Part shown: positions 29,570 through 39,223 of the stretch, in pieces
Layout of the letters: each line of letters begins with the position of its first letter
Numbering within the stretch: position 1 is the stretch's first letter
NCBI GenBank assembly: GCA_045603585.1
Contig: JAZUMK010000002.1
Span: 6,522-70,521 of the forward strand
Length of the DNA stretch: 64,000 nt
Reading direction: 5' to 3'
Origin: Clostridia bacterium
Lineage (GTDB): Bacteria; Bacillota; Clostridia; Christensenellales; CAG-138
Notes under the pieces: generated by a model
Told to the model about the DNA's origin: nothing
What the model saw: the letters and a program-made list of their open reading frames with translations, nothing else
The model's database searches: none
Translations under genes and position numbers: made by a program

Positions 29570-30763
29570 ATGAGCAACGTTAAGCAGTTCACCGATAAGC
29601 TGGATAAACTGAATTTCGAGAAAATGTACGAAGGCGATTTCTTCCTTACCTGGGAGAAGAGCCGTGAAGAACTGGAAGCCGTATTTACCGTAGCCGACGC
29701 TCTGCGTCATCTGCGCGAGAACAATATCTCCACCAAGATTTTTGACAGCGGCCTTGGCATCAGCCTTTTCCGCGACAACTCCACCCGTACCCGTTTCTCC
29801 TTTGCCTCTGCCTGCAACCTGCTGGGTCTTGAGGTACAGGATCTGGACGAGGGCAAGAGCCAGATAGCCCACGGCGAAACCGTACGCGAAACCGCAAACA
29901 TGATCTCCTTCATGGCAGCCGTTATCGGTATCCGCGACGATATGTACATCGGCAAGGGCAACACCTACATGCACAACGTAGTAGACGCCGTTACCGACGG
30001 TCACAAGGCCGGCGTTCTGGAGCAGAAGCCCACTCTGGTAAACCTCCAGTGCGATATCGACCATCCCACTCAGGCAATGGCAGACGCTCTGCATCTTATC
30101 AACCTCTACGGCGGCGTAGAAAACCTCAAGGGCAAGAAGATCGCCATGACCTGGGCATACAGCCCCAGCTACGGCAAGCCCCTCTCCGTACCCCAGGGTA
30201 TCATCGGCCTGATGACCCGTCTGGGCATGGACGTAACTCTCGCTTACCCCGAGGGATACGAAGTAATGGACGAAGTAGTGGAAGTTGCCAAGAAGAACGC
30301 TGCCGAGCAGGGCGGTAAGTTCGAAATCACCAACTCCATGGCAGAAGCATTCAAGGATGCCGACGTTGTATATCCAAAGAGCTGGGCACCCTTCAAGGCA
30401 ATGGAAGAGCGCACCGAGCTGTACGGCAAGGGTGACATGGAGGGCATCAAGGCTCTGGAGAAGCGCCTGCTGGCTCAGAACGCCGAGCATAAGGATTGGG
30501 AGTGCACCGAGGAAATGATGGCTCTCACCAAGGACGGCAAGGCCATGTACATGCACTGCCTCCCTGCTGACATTACCGATGTTTCCTGCAAGGAAGGCGA
30601 GGTAGCCGCTTCTGTATTCGATCGCTATCGCGATCCTCTCTACAAGGAAGCTTCCTACAAGCCCTACATCATCGCAGCTATGATCTTCCTGGCAAAGGTA
30701 AAGGATCCCGCTGCAAAGCTGAAGGAGCTGGAAGAAAAGGCTCAGAAGCGTCACGACAACTAA
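29570..30763 (+). CDS. ygeW: Knotted carbamoyltransferase YgeW
   Basis: There are long collinear identities with E. coli YgeW (ISTKIFDSGLGISLFRDNSTRTRFSFASA, DEGKSQIAHGETVRETANMISF, VNLQCDIDHPTQAMAD, LKGKKIAMTWAYSPSYGKPLSVPQGIIGLMTR, HCLPADI). A GGAGG RBS is present. Confidence 0.92.
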   Translation: MSNVKQFTDKLDKLNFEKMYEGDFFLTWEKSREELEAVFTVADALRHLRENNISTKIFDSGLGISLFRDNSTRTRFSFASACNLLGLEVQDLDEGKSQIAHGETVRETANMISFMAAVIGIRDDMYIGKGNTYMHNVVDAVTDGHKAGVLEQKPTLVNLQCDIDHPTQAMADALHLINLYGGVENLKGKKIAMTWAYSPSYGKPLSVPQGIIGLMTRLGMDVTLAYPEGYEVMDEVVEVAKKNAAEQGGKFEITNSMAEAFKDADVVYPKSWAPFKAMEERTELYGKGDMEGIKALEKRLLAQNAEHKDWECTEEMMALTKDGKAMYMHCLPADITDVSCKEGEVAASVFDRYRDPLYKEASYKPYIIAAMIFLAKVKDPAAKLKELEEKAQKRHDN

Positions 30764-30778
30764 TAGCTGAATAAACCA

Positions 30779-30821
30779 TTCCGCCGGAGGAGATCGTCTC
30801 TTCCGGCGGTTTTGCGTTTTA
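30779..30821 (+). terminator. Rho-independent terminator after ygeW
   Basis: The stem is CCGCCGGA (30781-30788) / TCCGGCGG (30802-30809), followed by TTTTGCGTTTT. Confidence 0.75.
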
Positions 30822-30867
30822 CGGCGCCGACTTTTGGGAATAATAGGCCCAAAAGGAGCGTGATAAA

Positions 30868-31404
30868 GTGAATAACAATCATAAAACATACCAGACGATA
30901 CTGCTGGGCATTGCCTTTCTGATGCTGGGCATAGGAACGGGATACAGCATAGGCAGGGAAAATGCGGCGCCCGAAGAAACAATAGAAGTGCAGCAAATTG
31001 AAGCGGAACTGCAGGCGCCTGTGGGGGCGGAGGAGAGCTTTGCAGTTGCCACGGTAAACATATTCAGCTGCGGGCATATACTGGAAAGGCAGGAGGGGGA
31101 TACCACATCCACATCAAAGCTGGAAAGCACCCTGGAACAGTATGGCGGCTATAATTTTGAACTGAAGGACGGCGTAATGGCTCTGTACAGGGAATACGAC
31201 TACTGCTGCCCGGAGCATTACTACACAGGAAGTGAAAACGGCGCTGTGGCGGTGTACAAAACCGATGGGGAAACCCTGCAGCGCAAAGAGGTATGCAGGC
31301 TGGATATAACGGAAGAACATGCCGCCTATGAAGAGATGGGGCAGGGCATGGTGTTTGACGGACTGGAGCAGGTGAACCTGTATGTGGAAGGGATAGATGA
31401 ATAG
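30868..31404 (+). CDS. Membrane-anchored protein, tentatively BofC C-terminal-domain-like
   Basis: A GTG start follows AAGGAG. The 178-aa product has one N-terminal TM helix and a C-terminal ...YCCPEHYYTGSENGAVAVYK... pattern reminiscent of BofC. It lies upstream of the ruv genes, as bofC does in B. subtilis as I recall. Confidence 0.4.
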   Translation: MNNNHKTYQTILLGIAFLMLGIGTGYSIGRENAAPEETIEVQQIEAELQAPVGAEESFAVATVNIFSCGHILERQEGDTTSTSKLESTLEQYGGYNFELKDGVMALYREYDYCCPEHYYTGSENGAVAVYKTDGETLQRKEVCRLDITEEHAAYEEMGQGMVFDGLEQVNLYVEGIDE

Positions 31405-31452
31405 TTGTTAAAAACTGCCGCCCATGGTACAATATACACAATATGATGTATT

Positions 31453-31965
31453 ATGGGGTGGCAGGTTTTGGTTATATTGGGAATTGACCCGGGATACGCC
31501 ATACTGGGCTACGGCGTTGTGGAAACCGATGGGAGGCGCCTGAAGGTGATCGATTACGGCGTTGTGGAAACCAAAGCAAGCGAAAAATTCCCTCATCGGC
31601 TCAGCAGGCTGTATGACGGCACAAGGGCGCTGCTTGAAGCCTACAAGCCGGATTGCGCCGTGTTTGAAGAACTGTTTTTCGCCCGCAATGTTACCACTGC
31701 CATACAGGTTGGCGCAGGCCGCGGCGTTGCAATGCTTGCGGCGGAGCAGAGCGGCATACCCCTTTACGAATACACCCCCATGCAGATAAAGCTGGCCGTT
31801 ACCGGCAACGGCCATGCGGATAAGACCCAGATGCAGCAGATGGTAAAGCTGCTGCTCAATCTTAAAGCCATACCCAAGCCGGACGATGCGGCGGACGCAT
31901 TGGGCGCAGCCATATGCCATGCAAACACGTCAGAGGCCGCAAGGCCCCAATTCAGCATAAAGTAA
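31453..31965 (+). CDS. ruvC: Crossover junction endodeoxyribonuclease RuvC
   Basis: The product has ILGIDPGYAILGYGV and EELFF motifs plus a C-terminal PDDAADALGAAICH. The true start may be the TTG at 31468. Confidence 0.9.
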   Translation: MGWQVLVILGIDPGYAILGYGVVETDGRRLKVIDYGVVETKASEKFPHRLSRLYDGTRALLEAYKPDCAVFEELFFARNVTTAIQVGAGRGVAMLAAEQSGIPLYEYTPMQIKLAVTGNGHADKTQMQQMVKLLLNLKAIPKPDDAADALGAAICHANTSEAARPQFSIK

Positions 31966-31981
31966 TTTTTTCGGAGCAGCT

Positions 31982-32584
31982 ATGTACGCTTACATTCGTG
32001 GAACGGTAGACGAAAAATCCATAGACAGAGTAGTGATAGACGCAAACGGAGTGGGATATGAGCTTATCTGTTCCGATTCCACCCTGCGGCAGCTTTCTGT
32101 TGGCTCCAATGCAAAGCTGCTTACCCACTTTAACGTATCACAGGACGGTACGGTAACCCTATACGGATTCGGCACGGCAGATGAGAGGGCCATGTTCCGC
32201 AGGCTCATCGCGGTAAACCGGGTTGGCCCCAAGCTTGCCTTTGGCATACTGGGCAGGCTTGCCCCTTCGGATATCGCCATGGCAATAGTAACCCAAAACG
32301 CCGCCGCGTTTGACCGTATTCCCGGCCTTGGCAAAAAGACCGCCGCAAGGCTGCTGCTGGAGCTTAAGGAAAAGGTAACGGAAGATACCATGACTTCCGC
32401 AGGCACGCCTCAGGTGGCCGAGGGCAGCGTGGATATGCGTACCGAGGCCATAGCTGCCCTTGTGGCATTGGGCTATGACGGCGTAAGCGCAGGACGTGCG
32501 GTAAGCGCCGTTGGCGAATGCGCCAGAGTTGAGGACATGATAACCAAGGCACTGAGAGAGATAGGTAAAAGGAGCGGCTTTTAA
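31982..32584 (+). CDS. ruvA: Holliday junction DNA helicase subunit RuvA
   Basis: The 200-aa product starts MYAYIRGTV and has a GVGYEL motif, HhH motifs ([19 protein letters not shown]) and a C-terminal domain III. Confidence 0.93.
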   Translation: MYAYIRGTVDEKSIDRVVIDANGVGYELICSDSTLRQLSVGSNAKLLTHFNVSQDGTVTLYGFGTADERAMFRRLIAVNRVGPKLAFGILGRLAPSDIAMAIVTQNAAAFDRIPGLGKKTAARLLLELKEKVTEDTMTSAGTPQVAEGSVDMRTEAIAALVALGYDGVSAGRAVSAVGECARVEDMITKALREIGKRSGF

Positions 32585-33609
32585 TGGATGACAGACTCAT
32601 CACTTCTTCCATGACCGGTGAGGATGAACAAATAGAATACAGCCTGCGCCCACGCTACCTTAACGAATACATCGGTCAGCACAATGTAAAGGAGCACATG
32701 CACATATACATTCAGGCCGCCAAGCACAGGGGAGAGCCTTTGGATCATGCGCTGTTTTACGGCCCGCCGGGCCTTGGCAAGACCACCCTTGCGGCGATAG
32801 TGGCAAACGAGATGGGAGGTAATCTCAGGGTTACTTCCGGCCCGGCTATTTCCCATGCGGGAGACCTGGCAGCGATACTCACCAACCTTGCTCCGGGCGA
32901 TGTGCTGTTTATAGACGAGATACACAGGCTCAATGCAAACGTTGAAGAGGTGCTGTATCCTGCCATGGAGGATTACTCCATAGATATAATCATCGGCAAG
33001 GGGCCTTCCGCACACTCTATCCGCATAGATCTGCCCAAGTTTACACTCATAGGTGCAACCACCCGCCTTGGCCTTTTGACTTCCCCGCTGAGGGACAGAT
33101 TCGGCATCAAGGAGCAGCTGGAGCTGTATGATATTGATTCCCTCAAGGAGATAATTCAGCGCAGCGCGGATATACTCAATATCGGTATAGATCCCGAAGG
33201 GGCGATAGAGATAGCCTCCCGCTCAAGGGGTACTCCCCGAATAGTAAACAGGCTGCTCAAGAGGGTTCGTGACTATGCTCAGGTAAAGGGCAACGGCGTG
33301 ATAGATCTGGAAACTGCAAGGGCAGGCCTTGACATGCTGGCTATTGACGAGGTGGGCCTTGACGCCGTGGACAGGCGCATGCTCACCACCATGATAGAAA
33401 AGTTCTCAGGCAGGCCGGTGGGTCTTGATACCATCGCCGCCGCCACCGGAGACGATGCCACCACCATTGAGGACGTGTATGAGCCCTACCTCATACAGCT
33501 GGGTTTCATCGCCCGCACGCCAAGGGGCAGAATAGTGCTGCCCAGGGGATACTCACATATGGGATACACTCCCCCTATGGACAGCGTTCAGCAGAAAATG
33601 GAAATATAG
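32584..33609 (+). CDS. ruvB: Holliday junction DNA helicase RuvB
   Basis: The 341-aa product has LRP..L.EYIGQ, Walker [12 protein letters not shown], Walker B FIDEIHRL and sensor motifs. Its start overlaps the ruvA stop. Confidence 0.96.
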   Translation: MDDRLITSSMTGEDEQIEYSLRPRYLNEYIGQHNVKEHMHIYIQAAKHRGEPLDHALFYGPPGLGKTTLAAIVANEMGGNLRVTSGPAISHAGDLAAILTNLAPGDVLFIDEIHRLNANVEEVLYPAMEDYSIDIIIGKGPSAHSIRIDLPKFTLIGATTRLGLLTSPLRDRFGIKEQLELYDIDSLKEIIQRSADILNIGIDPEGAIEIASRSRGTPRIVNRLLKRVRDYAQVKGNGVIDLETARAGLDMLAIDEVGLDAVDRRMLTTMIEKFSGRPVGLDTIAAATGDDATTIEDVYEPYLIQLGFIARTPRGRIVLPRGYSHMGYTPPMDSVQQKMEI

Positions 33610-33646
33610 CCAACCACATATAACCAGTATTACGGAGGGATAAAGT

Positions 33647-34324
33647 ATGTTCGGCAAAAAAGAGCTTCAGGCAGCACTGGAACAGAAGGAAAGAGAAATA
33701 AAGGAACTCAATGCCAAAATAGCGGAATATCAGAGCCGCAATGAGGCGGTTGTGGCTGCGCTGACAGATGCAAAGGCTGCGGCAAACCGCATACTGGGCG
33801 CTGCAGAGGTAAAGCGTGATGAGATCATCGCCAAGGCAAACAAAGAAAAGGAAGATATAGAAGCCCAGCGTGACGGCATTATTGAGGCCGCACATGCAGA
33901 GGCGGAGGCCATTATCAAGGCCGCAGAGGCCAAGGCAAAGCAGGCGGAGGAGCGCGCGGATTTCTTCATGGGCTACCTTCGCGATGCCGCTGATGCAGTG
34001 CGCCGTCAGGCCGAAGGGTACGAAGCCTTCCTCAGGGATTATGAGGATGCGGGCGTTGGTGCCGTTCCTTACGGCGAAACCGTGGAAACTCCCAACGAAT
34101 ACCGCAATCCTGCTGAGCTTATGCACAGCATCTATTCCATTCAGGGCAGGGATATCCCCGAAACCGTAAAGGAAACGGAAGAAACCGCAGAAGCTCAGGA
34201 CGAAGAGGAGCGGGTATGGACCATCGATCAGGTGGCGGAGGAGTCCGAGGGAGCCTCTCCCGAGGCCGCTTTTGTGGAGAAAGAACTTAACGACATACTC
34301 AACGACATACTGAAGCTGGATTGA
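33647..34324 (+). CDS. Hypothetical coiled-coil protein (Ala/Glu/Lys-rich) with an acidic C-terminus
   Basis: The 225-aa product has a GGAGGG RBS and long heptad-like A/E/K-rich helices. No family was recognised with confidence. Confidence 0.5.
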   Translation: MFGKKELQAALEQKEREIKELNAKIAEYQSRNEAVVAALTDAKAAANRILGAAEVKRDEIIAKANKEKEDIEAQRDGIIEAAHAEAEAIIKAAEAKAKQAEERADFFMGYLRDAADAVRRQAEGYEAFLRDYEDAGVGAVPYGETVETPNEYRNPAELMHSIYSIQGRDIPETVKETEETAEAQDEEERVWTIDQVAEESEGASPEAAFVEKELNDILNDILKLD

Positions 34325-34349
34325 CACAAATTCAGCGAAATGGTATAAT
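34321..34349 (+). promoter_or_regulatory. Consensus extended sigma-A promoter of the proS T-box leader
   Basis: The sequence is TTGACA (34321-34326), a 17-nt spacer, then TGgTATAAT (34341-34349). It overlaps the stop codon of the upstream gene. Confidence 0.7.
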
Positions 34350-34354
34350 TATTT

Positions 34355-34578
34355 AAATTTTGATATTGGGACATTGCGGAAACTCGCTTTGCAAACGGCG
34401 ATGAAAAGAGAGGCTGCCTCAGGGGCTGAAAGGGCGGCTGCATCGGAGCAAAGGGACCCCGTTCCGTATTCCGCAGGGAGGAAATGCCCTGCCGCAGGAG
34501 AGCGTTACAGCCAACCGAGAACCAATTAAGGTGGTACCGCGGCATAATACCGCCCTTATATCAGGGCGGTTTTTTTAT
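34355..34578 (+). promoter_or_regulatory. T-box leader (tRNA-Pro-responsive transcription attenuator) of proS
   Basis: The conserved T-box sequence AAUUAAGGUGGUACCGCGG lies at about 34525-34543. The overlapping terminator is ACCGCCCT (34549-34556) / AGGGCGGT (34563-34570) plus a U-run to 34577. Stem I closes with TGCGGAA...TTCCGCA. A CCC/CCG run at 34457-34461 is the candidate Pro specifier. Confidence 0.85.
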
Positions 34579-34616
34579 AGCAAAAAATATCTATACGATA
34601 AAGACCGGAGGAATTT

Positions 34617-36059
34617 ATGGCAAAGAAAGAAACCCAGTTTGTTCAGGAAATCACTTCCAGAGACGTGGACTTTGCAAAATGGTATACCGATATCATTCTT
34701 AAGACTGATATGTGCGACTATACCGATGTTAAGGGCTGCATGACAATAAAGCCCTATGGCTACGCCGTATGGGAGCTTATGCAGAAGGAAATGGACCAGC
34801 GTTTTAAGGACACCGGCCATGAGAATGCCTACTTCCCCCTTCTGATACCTGAAAGCATGCTGATGAAGGAAGCTGAGCACGTAGAAGGCTTTGCTCCCGA
34901 GGTTGCATGGGTAACCCATGGCGGCAGCGAAAAGCTTCAGGAGCGTCTTGCTATCCGCCCCACCAGCGAAACCATAATCGGCACCATGTATTCCAAGTGG
35001 ATACAGTCCTACCGCGACCTGCCTGTTCTGATGAACCAGTGGTGCAACGTTATGCGCTGGGAGAAGAGCACCCGCCCCTTCCTCCGCACCTCCGAGTTCC
35101 TTTGGCAGGAAGGCCATACTGCCCATGAGACCCATGACGATGCAGTAGAGGAAACCATCCGCATGCTGAATGTTTACTATGATTTTATGGTAAATGTACT
35201 GGCTATTCCCGTTATTCGCGGCGGCAAGAGCGAAAGCGAGCGCTTTGCAGGTGCAGAGGCAACCTATACCTGCGAAGCCCTCATGCACGACGGCAAGGCA
35301 CTGCAGATGGGCACTTCCCACTTCCTGTCCGATCACTTTGCCCGCGCATATGATATCAAGTACCTTAGCCGTGAGGGCAAGCAGGAATACTGCTTCACCA
35401 CCTCCTGGGGTACTTCTACCCGCATGATAGGCGGCCTTATCATGGTTCACGGCGATGACCGCGGCCTTAAGCTGCCCCCCAAGGTTGCTCCCATTCAGGT
35501 TGTTATCCTGCCCATTGCAATGCACAAAGAGGGTGTTCTGGATAAGGCAAAGGAGCTGTTTGAACAGTGCAAGGCTGCCGGCCTGCGCGTAAAGGTTGAC
35601 GACAGCGAGCAGAGCGCCGGCTGGAAGTTCAATCAGTGGGAAATGAAGGGCGTTCCCGTACGTCTGGAAGTTGGCCCCCGCGATATCGAGAACGGCGTAG
35701 TAGTGGCTGTTCGCCGCGATACTCTGGAAAAGATCACCCTGCCCATGGAAGGCCTTGCAGAGCGCCTGAAGGAAATGATGGTGGAGATCCACGAGAGCAT
35801 GCTCAACGCAGCTCTGGAGCACAGGCTGTCCCACACCACCACCGCCGAAAACTTCGGTCAGTTCATGGATGGCGTAAAGAAGGGCTTTGTAAGGGCTCCC
35901 TGGTGTGCCGATGGCGATTGCGAGATCGAGATCAAGTGCATCACCGGTGCTTCCACCCGCTGCAAGCCTATGGAAGAGGATACCAACGTGGAAGGCTGCA
36001 AGTGCATACTCTGCGGCAAGCCCGCCAAGACCCTCATGTACTTTGCAAGGGCATACTAA
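34617..36059 (+). CDS. proS: Prolyl-tRNA synthetase, short archaeal/eukaryote-like type
   Basis: The 480-aa product has class II motifs and no large INS editing insertion. Its C-terminal Zn-binding-type domain ends ...CILCGKPAKTLMYFARAY, with the terminal Tyr typical of this subtype. Confidence 0.92.
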   Translation: MAKKETQFVQEITSRDVDFAKWYTDIILKTDMCDYTDVKGCMTIKPYGYAVWELMQKEMDQRFKDTGHENAYFPLLIPESMLMKEAEHVEGFAPEVAWVTHGGSEKLQERLAIRPTSETIIGTMYSKWIQSYRDLPVLMNQWCNVMRWEKSTRPFLRTSEFLWQEGHTAHETHDDAVEETIRMLNVYYDFMVNVLAIPVIRGGKSESERFAGAEATYTCEALMHDGKALQMGTSHFLSDHFARAYDIKYLSREGKQEYCFTTSWGTSTRMIGGLIMVHGDDRGLKLPPKVAPIQVVILPIAMHKEGVLDKAKELFEQCKAAGLRVKVDDSEQSAGWKFNQWEMKGVPVRLEVGPRDIENGVVVAVRRDTLEKITLPMEGLAERLKEMMVEIHESMLNAALEHRLSHTTTAENFGQFMDGVKKGFVRAPWCADGDCEIEIKCITGASTRCKPMEEDTNVEGCKCILCGKPAKTLMYFARAY

Positions 36060-36086
36060 ACCAAATAAAAAAACGCACATTTGCGT

Positions 36087-36125
36087 CGGGGAATCGGCTT
36101 TCGGTTCCCCGATGATTTGTTTTGG
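36087..36125 (+). terminator. Rho-independent terminator after proS
   Basis: The 10-bp stem is CGGGGAATCG (36087-36096) / CGGTTCCCCG (36102-36111), including one G:T pair. It is followed by a T-rich tract. Confidence 0.7.
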
Positions 36126-36240
36126 CCCATAATGTTCACATTGGCGGTCTTTATTAAAGGGGAATATTGGAGTATAATACATACAATGCCCCAATATGGG
36201 GGCAAAGCAGATACTTTTTAACTTTTGGAGGACAAAGATC

Positions 36241-37218
36241 ATGACTAATCCCAGCAGGGTCGCATTTACTCTGTTTGGCAAGGATATTTACTGGTACGGC
36301 GTGCTTATGGCATTGGGCATACTGCTGGCCGTATGGCTTACCCTTAAAGAGGGCAAGCGCAAGAAGCTTACCGAAGACGATATACTGGATATGTGCCTTG
36401 TTATCATTCCCGCGGGCGTGGTGGGCGCAAGGCTGTATTATGTTATCTTTGAATGGGCCAGCTATGCCGCAAATCCCATTCGCGCCCTGTACATCTGGGA
36501 GGGCGGCCTTGCCATATACGGCGCGGTAATAGGTGGCCTTCTGGGAATGTTTATTTACTCAAGGGTAAAGAAGCATCGCTTCCTCAAGCTGGCGGACTGT
36601 ATCGCTCCGGGTCTTGTATTGGCACAGTCTATAGGCCGCTGGGGCAATTTCTTCAATCAGGAAGCCTTCGGTCTGCCCATAAATAACGGCGCGCTCATGT
36701 GGTTCCCAATGGCTGTACGCATTGACGGCACACACTATTTCAACGGTGAACTTTGCTCCAATCCCTATCATCTGGCCACATTCTTCTATGAGTCCATGTG
36801 GTGCCTGATAGTATTCATAATACTCTGGAGCTGCCGCAAAAAGTTCAAGCATGACGGCGATGCCATTCTCACTTACGCCGCCCTGTACGGCGCTGAGAGG
36901 ATGTTTGTGGAGCGTCTCCGCGGCGACAGCCTGTATCTCATTAAGCCCGGCGAAGTATTTGCGGCGGGTATAAGGGTATCCGAGCTGCTCAGCTTTGTTG
37001 TGGTGGTGTGCGTAGTGGCGTTCTTCATAATCCGCCATCTGAGGGAAAGAAAGCTTGGAATGCTCATATGGCCTTCTCCCGAGGTGATTGCCGAAGACGA
37101 ACAAGTAGCCGAACAGGCGGAAGAAACCTGCGAGAGCCCCGCTGAAGAGCCCGTAGAGGCATCCGAAGAGTGCGCGGAGGTTCAGCAGCAGGAAGACGAG
37201 GAATCCACCGAAGAATAA
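36241..37218 (+). CDS. lgt: Prolipoprotein diacylglyceryl transferase with an acidic C-terminal tail
   Basis: The ATG at 36241 gives MTNPSRVAFTLFGKDIYWYGVLMALG. Motifs include GARLYYV, GGLAIYG and GRWGNFFNQEAFG. The last roughly 50 residues are Glu-rich low complexity. Confidence 0.9.
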   Translation: MTNPSRVAFTLFGKDIYWYGVLMALGILLAVWLTLKEGKRKKLTEDDILDMCLVIIPAGVVGARLYYVIFEWASYAANPIRALYIWEGGLAIYGAVIGGLLGMFIYSRVKKHRFLKLADCIAPGLVLAQSIGRWGNFFNQEAFGLPINNGALMWFPMAVRIDGTHYFNGELCSNPYHLATFFYESMWCLIVFIILWSCRKKFKHDGDAILTYAALYGAERMFVERLRGDSLYLIKPGEVFAAGIRVSELLSFVVVVCVVAFFIIRHLRERKLGMLIWPSPEVIAEDEQVAEQAEETCESPAEEPVEASEECAEVQQQEDEESTEE

Positions 37219-37254
37219 CAGGGCTGATACAGCCGATAATAGGGGGTATATGCT

Positions 37255-38697
37255 ATGCGAAATCTTACAATGATGACAGACCTGTACCAGCTTACCATGA
37301 TGTATGGCTATTATAAAAACGGCATGGCCAAGGATGAGGCGGTGTTTGATCTGTTTTTCCGCACCAGCCGTCCCAACAGCGAGTATACCGTTGCGGCAGG
37401 TTTGCAGACGGCCATAGAATACATTCAGGATCTGCATTTCAGCGAAGAGGATATTGCCTATCTTCGCTCTCTGAATCTCTTTGATGAGGAATTCCTCGGC
37501 TTGCTTAAGGATTTCCGCTTTACCGGCGATCTGTATGCAATTCCCGAGGGCACTCTGGTATTCCCTCAGGAGCCTCTTATTCGCGTAAAGGCTCCCTTTA
37601 TGGAGGCTCAGCTCATTGAGACCACCCTGCTCAATATCGTAAATCATCAGACCCTTATCGCCACCAAGGCCAGCCGCGTGGTATGTGCGGCGGACGGCGG
37701 CGCGGTGCTGGAATTTGGCCTGCGCCGTGCGCAGGGCCCCGATGCAGGCACTTATGGCGCAAGGGCAGCCATAATCGGCGGCTGCGATTCCACCAGCAAC
37801 GTGCTGGCAGGCCAGTGGTATGGCGTGGATGTTAAGGGTACTCATGCCCATAGCTGGGTAATGTGCTTTCCGGATGAAATTACCGCCTTCAGGGCATATG
37901 CAAAGATATTCCCCAGCTCCTGCCTGCTGCTTGTGGATACCTACGATACCCTCAAGTCCGGCGTTCCCAATGCCATAAAGGTATTTGACGAGCTTAAGGC
38001 CGAGGGGTATACTCCAGTGGGCATCCGCCTTGACAGCGGCGACCTTGCCTATCTTTCCAAGGAAGCGCGCAAAATGCTGGACGAGGCAGGCCATACCGAG
38101 GCCAAGATATTCGCCTCCAGCGACCTTGACGAGTACGTTATCCGCGAGCTGAAGGCACAGGGCGCAAAGATCGACGTATGGGGCGTGGGCACCAAGATGA
38201 TCACCTCCTACGACTGGCCTGCGTTGGGCGGCGTATACAAGCTGGCTGCCACCATCAGGGACGGCGTTATGACTCCCAAAATAAAGCTCAGCGACAATAT
38301 CGTAAAGCTTACCAATCCCGGCTACAAGAAGGTATTCCGCCTGTATGGCAATCAGAACAATATGGCTCTTGCAGACCTTATTGCGCTGGATTATGAGACT
38401 ATTGACGATACCAAGCCCCTTAAGCTGTATCATCCAATACAGACCTACAAGACCAAGGTTATTAAGGATTTCCACGTAAGGGAGCTGCTGGTGCCGGTAT
38501 TTGTAAAGGGCGAGCTTGTGTATGAGTCTCCCGATGTGCATGAAATCAGGGAATACAACCGCAGAGAGCTTGCCTCCTTCTGGGATGAATACAAGCGCAT
38601 ACTGAACCCCCATACCTACAAGGTGGACATTTCCGATGAGCTTTATAACCTTAAGCAGAAGCTCATCAGGGAAAACAGGAGCGAAGATGAAGAGTAA
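37255..38697 (+). CDS. pncB: Nicotinate phosphoribosyltransferase
   Basis: The 480-aa product starts LTMMTDLYQLTMMYGY and has GTHAHSWVM and GIRLDSGDL motifs typical of NAPRTase. Confidence 0.92.
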   Translation: MRNLTMMTDLYQLTMMYGYYKNGMAKDEAVFDLFFRTSRPNSEYTVAAGLQTAIEYIQDLHFSEEDIAYLRSLNLFDEEFLGLLKDFRFTGDLYAIPEGTLVFPQEPLIRVKAPFMEAQLIETTLLNIVNHQTLIATKASRVVCAADGGAVLEFGLRRAQGPDAGTYGARAAIIGGCDSTSNVLAGQWYGVDVKGTHAHSWVMCFPDEITAFRAYAKIFPSSCLLLVDTYDTLKSGVPNAIKVFDELKAEGYTPVGIRLDSGDLAYLSKEARKMLDEAGHTEAKIFASSDLDEYVIRELKAQGAKIDVWGVGTKMITSYDWPALGGVYKLAATIRDGVMTPKIKLSDNIVKLTNPGYKKVFRLYGNQNNMALADLIALDYETIDDTKPLKLYHPIQTYKTKVIKDFHVRELLVPVFVKGELVYESPDVHEIREYNRRELASFWDEYKRILNPHTYKVDISDELYNLKQKLIRENRSEDEE

Positions 38698-39214
38698 AGC
38701 CCTGCTGGCGCTGATAGCGGCATGCCTGTGCATGGCAGGCTGTGTTAATACTGCCTCTGTGATAGACCCTTCCGTTACCATGGCGCCTGAGGTAACGCCT
38801 ACACCTGAGCCTACCCCGGAGCCCACCCCCACACCAAAGGTGGAGCTGAACATGGCGGATCTCAGCAAGGCATATGATGAACTGGGCGTGCTGATTTCCA
38901 CGGCGGATCACTTTGAGCAGTATATAACATTCCGCAACATACAGGTTTATGAGCAGTATGAGGATACCTTCGTGGATGCCATTGCGGTGAACGAGTATCC
39001 TGATACGCTGGTGTGCGCTATGGATATAACCTTCTTTGACGAGGATAAAAACCCAATTGCGGACAGCCATATGCATACCAGAGACGGACAATATGTGCTG
39101 CGTCTGCAGCCCGGTGACAATGCCATATATGCTGCGGTGGATACGGACATGACTCTTACGGATAAGGAATTTCAGCTGGATTTCAGCGAAGGGCTGGACG
39201 TATTGCCGGAATGA
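38687..39214 (+). CDS. Lipoprotein of unknown function
   Basis: The ATG at 38687 overlaps the pncB end by 11 nt and has AGGAG 5 nt upstream. The signal peptide has a lipobox (LIAACLCMAGC) and is followed by a Pro/Thr/Glu linker. Confidence 0.65.
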   Translation: MKSKALLALIAACLCMAGCVNTASVIDPSVTMAPEVTPTPEPTPEPTPTPKVELNMADLSKAYDELGVLISTADHFEQYITFRNIQVYEQYEDTFVDAIAVNEYPDTLVCAMDITFFDEDKNPIADSHMHTRDGQYVLRLQPGDNAIYAAVDTDMTLTDKEFQLDFSEGLDVLPE

Positions 39215-39223
39215 CCAACCAAC

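Noticed and set aside
28145-30982. A 945-aa uninterrupted ORF on the minus strand that spans ygeY, the intergenic gap and ygeW
   Set aside because: It is codon-aligned antisense. ygeY (28175) and ygeW (29570) both start at positions congruent to 2 mod 3, as do the antisense codons. A stop can therefore arise only opposite sense TTA, CTA or TCA codons, which are rare here. The sense proteins match YgeY and YgeW along their whole length and have RBSs. The antisense product is a G/A/V/H-rich sequence with no RBS and no recognisable family.
34906-34920. The palindrome CATGGGT-A-ACCCATG inside proS, which shares GGGTAACC with the termini of the 55-kb element
   Set aside because: It has 7-nt arms and a 1-nt centre, so it cannot fold. 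It lies in conserved coding sequence (AWVTHG). The 8-nt match to the element is most likely chance.
36559-38901. A 780-aa minus-strand ORF opposite lgt, pncB and the lipoprotein gene
   Set aside because: It is antisense to three well-supported genes. It has no RBS and a low-complexity, biased composition.
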